DNA of 64,000 bases from Octopus vulgaris (taxonomy: Eukaryota): positions 88,226,001 to 88,290,000 of the forward strand of contig OX597822.1 of NCBI GenBank assembly GCA_951406725.2, read 5' to 3'. A program made the position numbers and the translations under genes. How positions within the stretch are numbered: position 1 is the first letter of the stretch; each line of letters opens with the position of its first letter. The notes under the pieces were generated by a model. The model worked only from the letters and a program-made list of their open reading frames with translations, was not told the DNA's origin and did not search any database. This document shows positions 51,486-64,000 of this stretch, one piece after another.

Positions 51486-52768
51486 ATACCTTGTGGACAT
51501 TTAGACGGCGAGGAATGCTGACTGGTCCTTTTCTCTCTTTCGCCCTAATCACCATTCGGAACTTTGCTCGCACCAGACTGTGGTCTGTCCAGCATTCTGA
51601 TCCATGCAAGGACTTGACATTACAAATGTCATAAAATGTCGCGCTTGCGGATGATGACATAATCCAGCAAGTGCCAAACTTTGGACCTTGGATGCATCCA
51701 TGTTGTTGTGTGATCACCTTTGTGCACAAAATGAGTGCTTGCAATGTAAAGCCCATGTTCTTCGCAAAGCTCCAGTAGCATGAGACCATTGCTATTCAGT
51801 TTCCCTACTCCAAAACATCCTGGAGAGTTCCATGTTTGCCAGTCTGTTCCAACCCTGGCATTAAAATCCCCAGTAGAATGACTTTATCAGAATTGGGGAT
51901 TTTTCTAAGTATGGCTCTCACAGCTGGGTATAAAAGATTGTTTTATTTTCATCACAGCTAATCAAAGTAAGTGCATAGGCACTTATTAGAGTAGCAAACC
52001 GCTTACCTTTCAAGTGCAAACGTAGCGTCATTATACGTTCATTTATAGGAACAGGGAGCTCTTCTAACTTCTTAAGGATATCAGATCGGACTGCAAAACC
52101 AACACCAGCCTCTCTGCGCTCCTCCTTCTGCCTTGCTTTCCAAAAAAAAAAAAGGTGTATCCACCTCCTACTTCCTCAAGCTGACCATCACCTTCTATAC
52201 GAGTCTCTGAGAGTGCAGCTATATCAATTTTATAGCGGTTCAGCTCACGAGCAACAAGTGCAGTGCGTCTTTCAGGCCTGCAATCACTCTTGTTGTCCAA
52301 CAGAGTGCGCACATTCCAACATGAAATGTTTAAGTTCCGCCCAGATTTTATAGATAAAAGCCTCTTTGTTTTTCGAGCGCAGGGTGGATATCCGTCAGTC
52401 GCGCTAAACTGACCAGATATGGAAAGACAGGCAATTTATGGTTCACCTTTTCTAGAACCTCCCCGGTTTCCGGGGAGCAGTGCCCTCTCCAAATGGAGCT
52501 GCTCAGACACCCATGCAGCAACCGAATCCTACCGCTGTCTTGGGCGACAAGGAGATGACTTTATATCTAGCATGGGCCGCCTACCTGCAGGTTGCTGACT
52601 ACATGCTTCCAATCAGCTGACTTTACCACCTTCCCATCGCCGCAGGACTTTTGAATAAAAAAATAGAAATATGTACCTAAAAATAAGATAAATATATATA
52701 GAGGGGAAAAAATGCACATTCGGAATCCCCAAAGATTGTCCAATGCCATTCCCTGAATATCTGGTTTT

Positions 52769-53602
52769 ACCAGACTGTGGTCTGTCCAGCATTCTGATCC
52801 ATGTGTCCTTCTTGCGGATGATGACATAATCCAGCAAGTGCCAAACTTTGGACCTTGGATGCATCCATGTTGTTGTGTGATCACCTTTGTGCAAAAATGA
52901 GTGCTTGCAATGTAAAGCCCATGTTCTTCGCAAAGCTCCAGTAGCATGAGACCATTGCTATTCAGTTTCCCTACTCCAAAACGTCCTGGAGAGTTCCATG
53001 TTTGCCAGTCTGTTCCAACCCTGGCATTAAAATCCCCCAGTAGAATGACTTTATCAGAATTGGGGATTTTTCTAAGTATGGCTCTCACAGCTGGGTATAA
53101 AAGATTGTTTTATTTTCATCACAGCTAATCAAAGTAAGTGCATAGGCACTTATTAGAGTAGCAAACCGCTTACCTTTTAAGTGCAAACGTAGCGTCATTA
53201 TACGTTCATTTATAGGAACAGGGAGCTCTTCTAACTTCTTAAGGATATCAGATCGGACTGCAAAACCAACACCAGCCTCTCTGCGCTCCTCCTTCTGCCT
53301 TGCTTTCCAAAAAAAAAAAAGGTGTATCCACCTCCTACTTCCTCAAGCTGACCATCACCTTCTATACGAGTCTCTGAGAGTGCAGCTATATCAATTTTAT
53401 AGCGGTTCAGCTCACGAGCAACAAGTGCAGTGCGTCTTTCAGGCCTGCAATCACTCTTGTTGTCCAACAGAGTGCGCACATTCCAACATGAAATGTTTAA
53501 GTTCCGCCCAGATTTTATAGATAAAAGCCTCTTTGTTTTTCGAGCGCAGGGTGGATATCCGTCAGTCGCGCTAAACTGACCAGATATGGAAAGACAGGCA
53601 AT
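52769..53602 (-). pseudogene. RTE APE endonuclease ORF, disrupted (copy B; copy A at about 51490-52435)
   Basis: APE motifs as above; both copies share a 12-T run that frameshifts YTFFW. Confidence 0.92.
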
Positions 53603-54243
53603 TTATGGTTCACCTTTTCTAGAACCTCCCCGGTTTCCGGGGAGCAGTGCCCTCTCCAAATGGAGCTGCTCAGACACCCATGCAGCAACCGAATCCTACC
53701 GCTGTCTTGGGCGACAAGGAGATGACTTTATATCTAGCATGGGCCGCCTACCTGCAGGTTGCTGACTACATGCTTCCAACCCGTCAGGTCTGCATACTTT
53801 ACCACCTTCCCATCGCCGCAGGACTTTTGAATAAAAAAATAGAAATATGTACTAAAAAAGAATAAAATATATACTAAAAATAAGATAAATATATATAGAG
53901 GGGAAAAAATGCACATATCGAGTCGCAGAGATCCCCAAAGATCCCCAAAATGTCCAATGCCATTCCCTGAATATCTGGTTTTATATCAAAGTGACCTTCT
54001 CCTAGAGACATGCTTTAACAAAAGCTGAGGGGCGTCTCACTCCCAGTGGTCTTTCGGCACGCCGGAAACCATCCCGGAATTTCTGCGTACCCATGCTAAC
54101 ATTTATTGGATAGCCGTTGACTCTCAAGAGGTCCTCTGCCCTTTGACGGGTTTTGTTTTTCATCTCGCAGGGTGTCCAATAAACACCCTCCTCACCAAGC
54201 AAGTTTGGTAGCGTTGCCGGTTTAGTCGCCGACGACCCGACCA

Positions 54244-56516
54244 TGCAACATTATGTTGTGGTTAGGAAAGAGCTTCAGACTCGCTTGTCCAGCATTAAAA
54301 CTGCAGCAGCATGAGAAGATTTTCGAGACCAGGTTGTTCGATGTGCAGCCGAAACACTGGGGTATGTTACTGCCAGACACAGAGACTGGTTTGATGAGAA
54401 TGATGCCGAAATTCAGCGATTATTAGTGGTAAAGCGCCATGCCTACAGTGTGTTGCTGCACAGAGAACTGTCTACTGTGCAGCGAAGTCTAGCACTTGCC
54501 CACTATAACAGTGGAAAATCACTACTGCAGCGATCTCTCAGGAAGATGCAGAACACTTGGTGGGAGGATCTTGCTCGTGATGTTCAGGCTGCTGCTGATG
54601 CAAATGACAGCAAGAAGCTTTACCATCTTATGAAGCGAGCTTATGGACCCAAGAGCTCCACATCAGCTCCTTTGCTTTCCAAGGAGTCTTCCACTCTGTT
54701 TACTAAATCAACAGAAATCACAGGTCGCTGGATCGAACACTTCTCTGAACTCCTAAACCATACTCCTCGCCCTCAATAGATGAAGTAATGACATCAATAA
54801 GTAAATTGAATCTTGGTAGGGCACCTGGAAAGGATGGAATTTGTGCTGAGGTCTTGCGATTTGGTGGTAGTTACATCACACAGTCCCTTCATGAACTTAT
54901 TAGTGCAGTCTGGAGGGATGGTGCAATTCCTAAGGACTGGAAGGATGCAATTATTCTTCCTCTATATAAAGGAAAAGGAGCCAGAACAGTGTGTGGAAAC
55001 TACAGAGGTATTGCTCTACTATCAGCTGCTGGCAAGGTTCTGGCAAATATTCTTCTTACCCGTCTGAATGGGTGTCTCGTAAATGGTGTCCTATCTGAAT
55101 CTCAATGTGGTTTCTGATCTGGTAGAGGGACAATGGATATGATTTTCACAGCAAGACAGATGCAAGAGAAGTGCTATGAGCAGAATATGGATCTTGTCCC
55201 GGTATTCATTGATTTAACAAAGGCCTTTGATACTGTAAATAAGGCCTTTCTATGGAAAATACTTGGCAAACTTGGATGTCCGGATCACTTTGTATCTATA
55301 ATTAAATCATTTCGTGATGGGATGGAGGCTTGGGTCAATGTTGGTGGTGCCATGGCGGGACCCATTCCTGTAGAGAATGGTGTCAAGCAGGGTGACATCC
55401 TTGCCCCAACTCTCTTTTCTTTGTACTTTGCTGCTGCTTTTATTCATGCTTTTGCTAAGGTTAGCTCTCTGGGAATATATGTCAGATATCGATCTTCTGG
55501 CCGCCTCTTTAATCTTCGCCGATTTGCTGCCAATTCAAAGGTTTCCCAGTCTATTATTCGTGACCTCCTTTATGCAGATGACTGTGACTTAGTCACTCAT
55601 ACAGTGGATGACATGCAAGTACTCATGAATTGCATATCTGCTTCTTGCAGGGCATTTGGATTCAGCATTAGCCTGGACAAGACTGTTGTAATGTTCCAGC
55701 CTGCACCAGGAAATCCATATATAGAACCAGCTATCTTGGTTGAAGGAACAATTCTGAAGGTAGTAGACAAGTTTGTCTACCTGGGCAGCACACTCAGCCG
55801 TTCTTGCTCCTTGGATGAGGAAATATCTTTCAGGTTGCAGAGGGCAACTAATTCCTTCCGGTCTCTTCAGTCTTGTGTCTGGTCCCAACATGGCATCGCA
55901 AGGAGAACAAAAGTTGCTGTGTACTGTGCTTGTGTACTGACATCGCTCCTCTACTCATGTGAGACATGTACTCTGTACAAACGTCAGGTAAGGGTCCTTG
56001 AACGCTTTCATCAGAGATGTCTCAGACACATTCTCAATGTTGGCTGGACCTCAAAAATTCCAGACACACAGTTCTTGAGGACAGCTGATATCTTGAATAT
56101 TGGGGCGATTGTGCACAAGCACCGGTTACGTTGGAGTGGACATCTTATTAGAAGGAAGGATAGCAGGATTCCTAAGCAGATGCTCTATGGAGAACTTGTG
56201 AATGGAAGGACTCCGACAGAAACCAAGGCTGCGATTTAAGGACTGTGTCAATTCCTCATTAAAGGCCTGTAATATGCAGGACACTGACTGGGAGAACAAT
56301 GCCTGTCATCGCCACAGATGGAGAAAGCAGGTTAAGGAGGGGATCGACACTTTTGAGAGAGCTCGTATCCAGCATGAAGAACTTAAGCGAGCTGCACGAA
56401 AGCGCACGGCTCGTATAGTGAATGGGGAAAGCTTGGTCTGCAATGTTTGCAGTCGTGTATGCTTGTCAAGAGCAGGGCTCATTAGCCACCAACGGAGCCG
56501 CAAAAGCAAAATATAA
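54244..56516 (+). pseudogene. RTE reverse transcriptase ORF, disrupted
   Basis: Continuous RT similarity across ORF-track pieces 54426-54779, 54788-55117, 55133-56239 and 56202-56516, broken by stops, a deletion and a frameshift. Confidence 0.93.
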
Positions 56517-56581
56517 GTTAGTTCGAGAACGCACAATGTTCCTGAAGGTCGGCAATGGTCTTCCTCGGTCACGAGTGGACG

Positions 56582-56634
<53 letters not shown>

Positions 56635-56829
56635 CATAGATATAGACATAGATGCATATATATTTGTGTATATGCATGTTTATATGTATATATATATATA
56701 TACAAAGATGTATATATATATAATGCGTATATAGATGTGTATATATGTGTGTATATATATATATATCGATGTATATATAATGTGTATATAAATGTGTGTA
56801 TGTATATTCATATATATATATACATCTAC

Positions 56830-56882
<53 letters not shown>

Positions 56883-57155
56883 CATCTATGTTTATATACA
56901 TACATACATACATAACAACCTGCGTGTGTGTGTGTCACTGAAGCCATTCATATTCTTTTACTCTTTTACTTGTTTCAGTAATTTGACTGCGGCCATGCTG
57001 GAGCACCGCCTTTAGTCAAGCAAATCGACCCCAGGACTTATTCTTTGTAAGCCTAGTACTTATTCTATCGGGCTCTTTTGCCGAACCGCTAAGTTACGAG
57101 GACGCAAACACACCAGCATCGGTTGTCAAGCGATGTTGGGGTGGACAAACACAAG

Positions 57156-57237
<82 letters not shown>

Positions 57238-57418
57238 TACGACGGGCTTCTTTCAGTTTTCGTCTACCAAATCCACTGACAAGGCATTGGTCGGCCCGAG
57301 GCTATAGTAGAAGACACTTGCCCAAGGTGCCACGCATTGGGACTGAACCCGGAACCATGTGGCTGGTAAGCAAGCTACATACCACACAGCCACTCCAGCC
57401 TGTCTCTCTCTTTCTTTC

Positions 57419-57454
<36 letters not shown>

Positions 57455-57581
57455 GCATACACACACCACCAACATTACTCTCTGTCTCTTCACACACACT
57501 AACAAAAGCACTTCACATAAACACCACACTTTGTCTCGCACACCCCACCAAACACACACATGCACACACACACACACACAT

Positions 57582-57622
<41 letters not shown>

Positions 57623-57889
57623 CACACGCACGCACACGCACACACACACACGCACGCACGCACTCAAATTCTTTGGCTTCACGCCAACTTCAAAGAATTT
57701 CCCTCATACAATCACGCTCTCTGTGATCTTTTGCTTTCACGCTGACTTCAAAAGAACCCTTTTTCCCCTAACCCCATATGTAAAGAACGAAAAAATTTTT
57801 ACGGAAACATCTTTACAAATGTAAATGAACACACCTGGTTTATAATGACAGTCGTATGACTATTATCGTAAGATCGCCATATACATATA

Positions 57890-57978
<89 letters not shown>

Positions 57979-58199
57979 GGCAATAAGAAAATGGAGGAGA
58001 TCAATATGTGGTTCATCAACTTTTAGACATTATATCATGTTAACTTATTTATTTATTCACTATTAATTACAATAATTTACAATGGAAAAACACACAAGGT
58101 GCATTAGACGGGTTTTCCAGTATAAAAATAGGTAGTGGGAATTACCAAAAATTAATTCAAATTGATATACAGAATTATTATGCATCTATAAACCTTGTA

Positions 58200-59260
58200 G
58201 AACTTAATAGTGCTCTAATCTTTGCAAAGAGATACACTAATCTTAGTAAGAGAGAAAAAAAGTAATACTTACTGCCCGCAAAACTGTTATTGAATTTGAT
58301 AACAAACTATGGGCAAGAAAAGACACACCAGACCTCTTTGATATTACAATGGGATTGCCAGACTCGGCGGAAACGACTGACCTGGTAGGTCCTTATTTAT
58401 TAGACAATATAGGTAGGGAATTCCCTGAATTAACTGGAGGTCTATATAGAGACGATGCAATATTCCTAGTTAAGAAGATTTCGAATAGACGTCTCGAAAT
58501 CCTTAAAAAGCGTTTACATAAATTCTTTAATAGATTTGGCCTATCCATAACTATAGAAAATGAAAATTATTCTATAAATTATTTAGATGTAAATTGTAAC
58601 ATTCATATTGGACTCTATGAGTCTTATGTAAAACAAAATTCTAATCTAAGATATATAAACAACTCTAGTAACCCCACCCCAAATAAAAAAAAGCCCTACT
58701 ACTAAATATAAGTAAAAGAATTTCTAACCTATCATCTATCGAAGAGATATTTAATAAACATAAGGACAATACAATATAGCATTACAAAATGCAGGATATA
58801 AGGGTAAAATCAAATATCTCCCCAATAATATTAACTTTAATACTCAGGATGGAATAACGACACCAAACACACTTAGTATAGACAAATATAACATTACCAC
58901 AAATAAAAATAAAAATAACAACAATAATAATAAAAATAGAAATATTATAAATAAGATTGGACAACCCATAATAAATAATGATAATGATAATAATAATTAT
59001 AGACAGAATAACAACAACAACAATTATGATAACAAATAAAAATAATGAAATCTTTAGTAAAAATAGAAATAATTATAACAAAAAGAATACTATTAAATAT
59101 AAAAATAAGAATAACAACAGTGAATTTACACATAATATAAGAAACCCTTATAAGGAAAATAATGAGATAGATACTTTATGGTTAATAATCCCTTTCGTTA
59201 TGCAGATAAAAAATAACATAGTAAAAGATATTTTCAATATATATAAATACATATGAATTC
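58200..59260 (+). mobile_element. Decayed Penelope-like element (GLYRDD-type RT) with an Asn-rich low-complexity linker
   Basis: FDITMGLPDSAETTDLVG..GGLYRDDAIF..INYLDV..YINNSSN; (AAT)-rich expansion at 58860-59180. Confidence 0.75.
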
Positions 59261-60037
59261 ACATTTTCAACTATTTTTGTTCTATTTACAATTTGTTTTA
59301 TTTCATCGGTTATCAATTAACCAACCGTAACGGAGACAAAGTAATTCAAAAAAATTGTTAATCAATTAGATTAAGTAAATGATAAAAAATAATCCCTCCC
59401 CACTTCCTGCAAGATTTAAACTATTGCAATAATAATAAACAACGGAGAAGGAAGTTTACCACGTTTTTCTCTCGATATATAAATATAAATTAGTCTGCGA
59501 ATTATCCTACATTCCAAAACATATAATATGTATGTATATATTAGTATGTTTAAATGGAAAAAAATATTTATATGTATATATATGCTTGTGCGTATATGTA
59601 TGTGTGCATATGCATATATACGTTCCTCATGTGTATGCAGATTAGTTTTGACATAACTGTAATAACTGTATGACATATTGATATATTGATTATAAAATTA
59701 CTATCCTTATAACTTTCAAAAATATCTATTTATATATTATATTCTATATATTATCTATTGTGAATAACAGATTGCATCTAATATTAATAATATTAGTAAT
59801 AACTGAATATTATATATGCTTATGGATGTAGATACACTAGGTAATGTAATTGCAATGCAATAAAAACACTTGTGTATTAATAATTAGGTATTCTACCAGC
59901 AGTATATTGGATAGATATTATCCCTTAGTGGGTTGGATTCACAACGTCTAATTTTATTGGAATTATAGGTGACCGCGTGTGCACCGTTGGCGATTTTTTT
60001 CCTCCGTCTTCCCTTCTCTGGATCTTTCCTTTTCCTA

Positions 60038-60073
60038 TGTTCCTGACGAAGAGCTCCGCTCGAAACTTAAAAC
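60038..60073 (+). ncRNA. Degenerate minimal hammerhead (family 3) in a repeat of about 200 bp ending at (TA)n
   Basis: GTTC CTGACGA A GAGC-TCC-GCTC GAAAC TTA AAAC; core and stem II are intact, stems I and III are imperfect. Confidence 0.55.
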
Positions 60074-60168
60074 CCTCCTTCTTCCCTTCCTTCCTGATCA
60101 TCCAATAATACTATATTTGTTCCACGTCCACGTTGTTGTTTTCTCTTTGTGTTTTCATGTTTGAATTA

Positions 60169-60240
<72 letters not shown>

Positions 60241-60574
60241 CATACACATATATATTAGCTGAAATACTCGGCGTTGCCCGGGTTAAAGAAAATAATACCT
60301 AATCATTCTAAACTGTTACATATTAAATACGTTGAATCTATTTAAGTAGTTGAAACAAGAATGTAGGGAAGTCATTCAAGCATTTATTGTTTACGGGCGA
60401 TTTGAAAAGTTCAAGAAGCAGTCTAGCGTCCATAACAATCGGATAACAAAGAAGTTAGTAAATGCAGATATCCATGCTACATCGAGGTTTCCAATGCAGT
60501 CGAAGGGTATTGTAACAAGAGATTAATACCTGCTAAATTTAGTTTTTAAAATAGAAAGACCGAAAGACCGGAAG

Positions 60575-60965
60575 AGTACAATCGCGAATACAAGCGGCCG
60601 AAATGCGGTTCCTCCGAAGGATCTTTAGTGTAACGCTACTCGAGAGGGCGCGCCGCTCAGAGATCATGGAATCTCTTCAAGTCCACCTGCTACTTGAGAG
60701 GTCACAGCTCCGGTACTACGGGAATATGATTAGAATGCCGCAGGAGAGAACCGCAAGGTGGATTCTTCAAGTTAGTAGGAGATCTAGGGGTATACCAATA
60801 ACCAGATGATTGGATAAAACCCATAGTCTCATTTAGTCACACTTGGGAATCCAGCCTGAAGGTTTAATGACGGTTGCTTCTGATAGGACCTTATGGAGGA
60901 AGTGTCTGCAGACTCTACCCCCACGATCCTCCAAGAACAGTGGGCAGAAAAGATGGGTGGATGGC
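60575..60965 (+). mobile_element. 3' fragment of a second RTE-type LINE
   Basis: RIQAAEMRFLRRI..ERSQLRYYG..RMPQER; GATGG tail. Confidence 0.8.
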
Positions 60966-61922
60966 TGTAGAAGAGTGCAAGAAACTGGATACACCAAATA
61001 TCCATGCTTTTTATGTATGTGGGATAATAGAGCCAGAGAAAAACATCGAGTGATCAAAGAATGACCGCAGCGAACATTAGTTCCAAGGTCTTTTAATGTC
61101 GTTGAAGAACCTTTAGTTCAACCAGCAAATTAACCAACTTCAAAAACAGGGTCTGTTTACTTAATATGGGGTTGAGTATATTGCACGTTACTGTACATTT
61201 TTTTCGAATTTCTGGAACCAGATAAGAAGTCCGATAGGTATTAGATATTAATTTGACTGTTGCGGCAGAACTGTGAATCTCTCCATGACAAATTTCAAAA
61301 TCACAAAACGGGAATCTTCCTCATAGATTCACACAGAATACACTAACACATCGCCTTCACCAGAGATAGCGGACGGTCATAATTCGTATTTCTTTAATAA
61401 GAATAATGGCTGAAAAGTTAAGAAGCTTGCTTCTCAACCATGTAATTTGGGGTTCAGTTCCATAACCTCTGGCCCACCAAAGCCTTGTGAGCTGATATGG
61501 TGGGTGGAAATTGAAACAAGCCCGTCGTATATGTATATATTTTGTGTGTGTCTTTGTCCGCCTCACCACTACTTGACAACCAATATCGATTTGTTTGCGT
61601 CCCTTAGTGGTTCAACAAAGATCAATAGAATAAGTACCCACTTTAAAAACGAGTACTGGGGTTGATTTGTTCGACTAAAACCCTTCAAGATGTTCCCCTA
61701 ACATGGCGGCGGTTCAATGACTGAAGCAAGAAAAACCCTTATTTTAAAACATTTTTATAATAGGGATATTTTTTCAAAGTTGATCGCGGCTTGTGACATA
61801 TTCAGCTTGCACCTTGAAACAAAAATTCACAAGCACCTTGGGCAAGTTCCTTCTGCTACAACCTCGAGCCAGCCAATGTCTTGTGAGTGGATTTGGTAGG
61901 AGAAAACTAAAAGAAGCCCGTC

Positions 61923-61993
<71 letters not shown>

Positions 61994-62330
61994 CGTGCGT
62001 GTGTGTTCCCCTACAACCGCTTGACAACCGGTGTTGGTATATTTACGTCTCCGCCAAATTAGCGGTTCGGCAAAAGAAATTGATAGAATAAGTACTAGGC
62101 TTAGTAAAAAAAATATAGTACTGGGGTCGATTCATTGGACTAAAATTCTTCAAGGCGGTGCCCCAGCATGGCCACAGTCTAATGATTGAAACCAGTAAAA
62201 GAAAAAGATAAAAGAAAGCTCAGTAATCGACGATTATACTTTGTTACTGCAATAAATTCGAAACTACGCTCCCTGCTGCAACCTATTCACTCATTCTCAA
62301 ACACTTTTGTCATGTTCACAGCTCCGAATA

Positions 62331-62827
62331 CCGTAAATCCTCGAGTATAGTCCGCCCTTGAGTATGATACGCAGGGGATTTTTAGGGGGCTGTATCCCTG
62401 AAAAACCTAAACCTCGTGTATAATACGCACCCCATCTCTAACTTGAGTCAAGGAGGTCTATATAATGTCCTTGGTTTGTAAAAATGTATACGGTAACGTC
62501 CTTTATTATTATTGTATATATAACATAATGCAAACGTGTAGCTTTTTTGTGCATTTTGTTAGCAGAAAATAAAGAAATAACAGTAATAACGTTTAATAAA
62601 TGTTGCTTACTGCAAGTTATAACTTCATTGCTTTCAGGATTAGCTTAATGTATTTTCGCACCCGACATCACAAAATGCGTCGGAATAAACATTGCCGGAC
62701 AGCAAATAGAGACTCGGACATTGCTTAGAAAATAATTTTCCCTTTTAACCTCGTATATAGTACGCACCAGGGATTTTGACCTTTAAATTTGGGGGAAAAA
62801 ATGCGGATTATACTCGAGGATTTACGG
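62331..62827. mobile_element. Tc1/mariner-superfamily MITE (CCGTA termini); one-end fragment of the same family at about 13853-13924
   Basis: Near-perfect TIRs CCGTAAATCCTCGAGTATA.TCCGC with TA TSDs. Confidence 0.9.
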
Positions 62828-64000
62828 TATGTTGCCGTTAGACCTGCATCTTTAAAACTCACACAGCGACTACGCTTCTTGGTGATTGATTCGGGCTAGT
62901 GTATTTGGGTAGATGGTGATGTACCGAATAACGTACACAAGCATCATTCTAAAGGAATTGAAAGTGGGAAAAAGAAAACTCCCGGAGGTGATTGTTTGCT
63001 ACTCTCGAAGAAGGAGTACAAAATATTTTGCGAAGGAGTGGGGAAATGGGAATGTCCAGTGCTAACCTGGAGCTAAGCAACAACAACTACAACTACATTG
63101 ACAAAAGACCCCCACTGTTCCTCCCACTTAGTAAGCATGTAGCGCGCGCTAAATCACACACGCGAAAATAGCAGCCTCAAAACCCTCATTAGTCTCCAAA
63201 CACTGTATTGGAATGTAGCAACAAAAACCAAACATTAATCTCACTAACGTTAATTGATTATTCCTATCTGACAATCTAATTAAAAACCACTTGATCACTG
63301 TCCTGCCTCCGCTGACCACTAAATAAATATATTTGTATGAGCTGTTTGGGTGGACATAGACTGCAATGAATGACTGTGTCCCTCACATATCTAATTAGTC
63401 ACTAATTTCGTGAATTAGGTGTCATTTTGTATTTTTGTTTTTATTTTTGTTTTTAAACTTTTGAGTCAGAGAGTTAGCGGGCCGAGTTAAAGTTAAACTC
63501 TTATAAAAGTCATTTGATACAAAGGTCGAAATATATCTAAGAAAAAAAGAAGAAAAAACCTGTCCTATCGAGTTTTGTAATCTTTCTAATTAGTTGCGGA
63601 GGGGGATTATTGAGCTCAATTAAAATCACCAAAACGAACTATTTGAAGCAACACGTAAATTCCCAATGATAGCGTATATCCTATTTTAAGTCATTATTTA
63701 AATGTCTAGACTAACATTGGGGAAAAAAAATCAAGCAAAATTATGCATGCATAAAAAAAGTTTCAAATTATTTTTCAAGTTGCTTTCCACATTTAAAAAT
63801 AAACTTGCCTTTTGAATAAATACCACGGCGCTTCCTCGGTCGCATGGCTGACAACGAGTCTTTCAGACACAATTGGGTTGATGTTTGATAACGATGTTTC
63901 TCTCGACATACGAAACTAAATGGTTTAAGATGATCATTTAATCTAGAACCAGCTCTAGTACGGTTCATTCTCTCAGTATGAAGGGTATTTTGAATAGTTT

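Larger units (their letters stand above)
51490..56588. mobile_element. Near full-length RTE-clade LINE with an inverted and partly duplicated 5' half
   Basis: 5' UTR and APE endonuclease on minus (WNVRTLLD..RPERRTALVARELNRYKIDIAALSETR, GDFNARVG, WTDH); linker, RT and C-terminus on plus (GNYRGIALL, FIDLTKAFD, GVKQGDILAP, LLYADD, YLG, CxxC); both ends lie in (TA)n. Confidence 0.95.

Noticed and set aside
62900-64000. Possible enhancer/promoter with many TAAT motifs, and the 66-aa ORF at 63768-63968
   Set aside because: TAAT is expected by chance in AT-rich DNA; the ORF has no recognisable similarity or splice support.
1-64000. Novel multi-gene or prokaryotic-type system (retron, DGR, defence island)
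   Set aside because: All RT and endonuclease ORFs are disrupted eukaryotic retroelements, and the only intact host coding sequence is AGL.

Overview
Eukaryotic, AT-rich, microsatellite- and transposon-dense genomic DNA, most likely a coleoid cephalopod (Octopus-like, inferred from the SINE/LINE repertoire and microsatellite load). The only host gene I can support is glycogen debranching enzyme (AGL) on the minus strand. Fourteen coding exons (29205 down to 606) have canonical GT-AG sites and consistent phases. Together they give 2546 nt (848 codons + 2 nt), including the three transferase catalytic motifs RLDNCH, AELFT and THDN; the gene continues off the left edge. Candidate 5' UTR exons and a CpG-richer promoter lie at about 33.9 kb and 47.3-50.6 kb. 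Introns and flanks hold decayed Tc1, mariner, maT and pogo transposons, MITEs, Helitron-like elements, tRNA-derived SINEs, RTE and other LINE fragments, and several Penelope-like elements (PLEs). Two observations stand out. (i) Three sequence-distinct minimal type I hammerhead ribozyme families occur in PLE-type repeats; one sits downstream of a tRNA-like Pol III head and also occurs as a non-coding, TSD-flanked insertion (candidate PLE-dependent SINE/retrozyme). (ii) A near full-length RTE LINE shows twin-priming-like 5' inversion, an AUG-less ORF behind a structured 5' UTR, and a later 1.2 kb tandem duplication. No CRISPR array, rRNA, genuine tRNA gene or prokaryotic system is supported. All alignments were done by eye, and repeat boundaries are approximate unless TSDs or TIRs are quoted.
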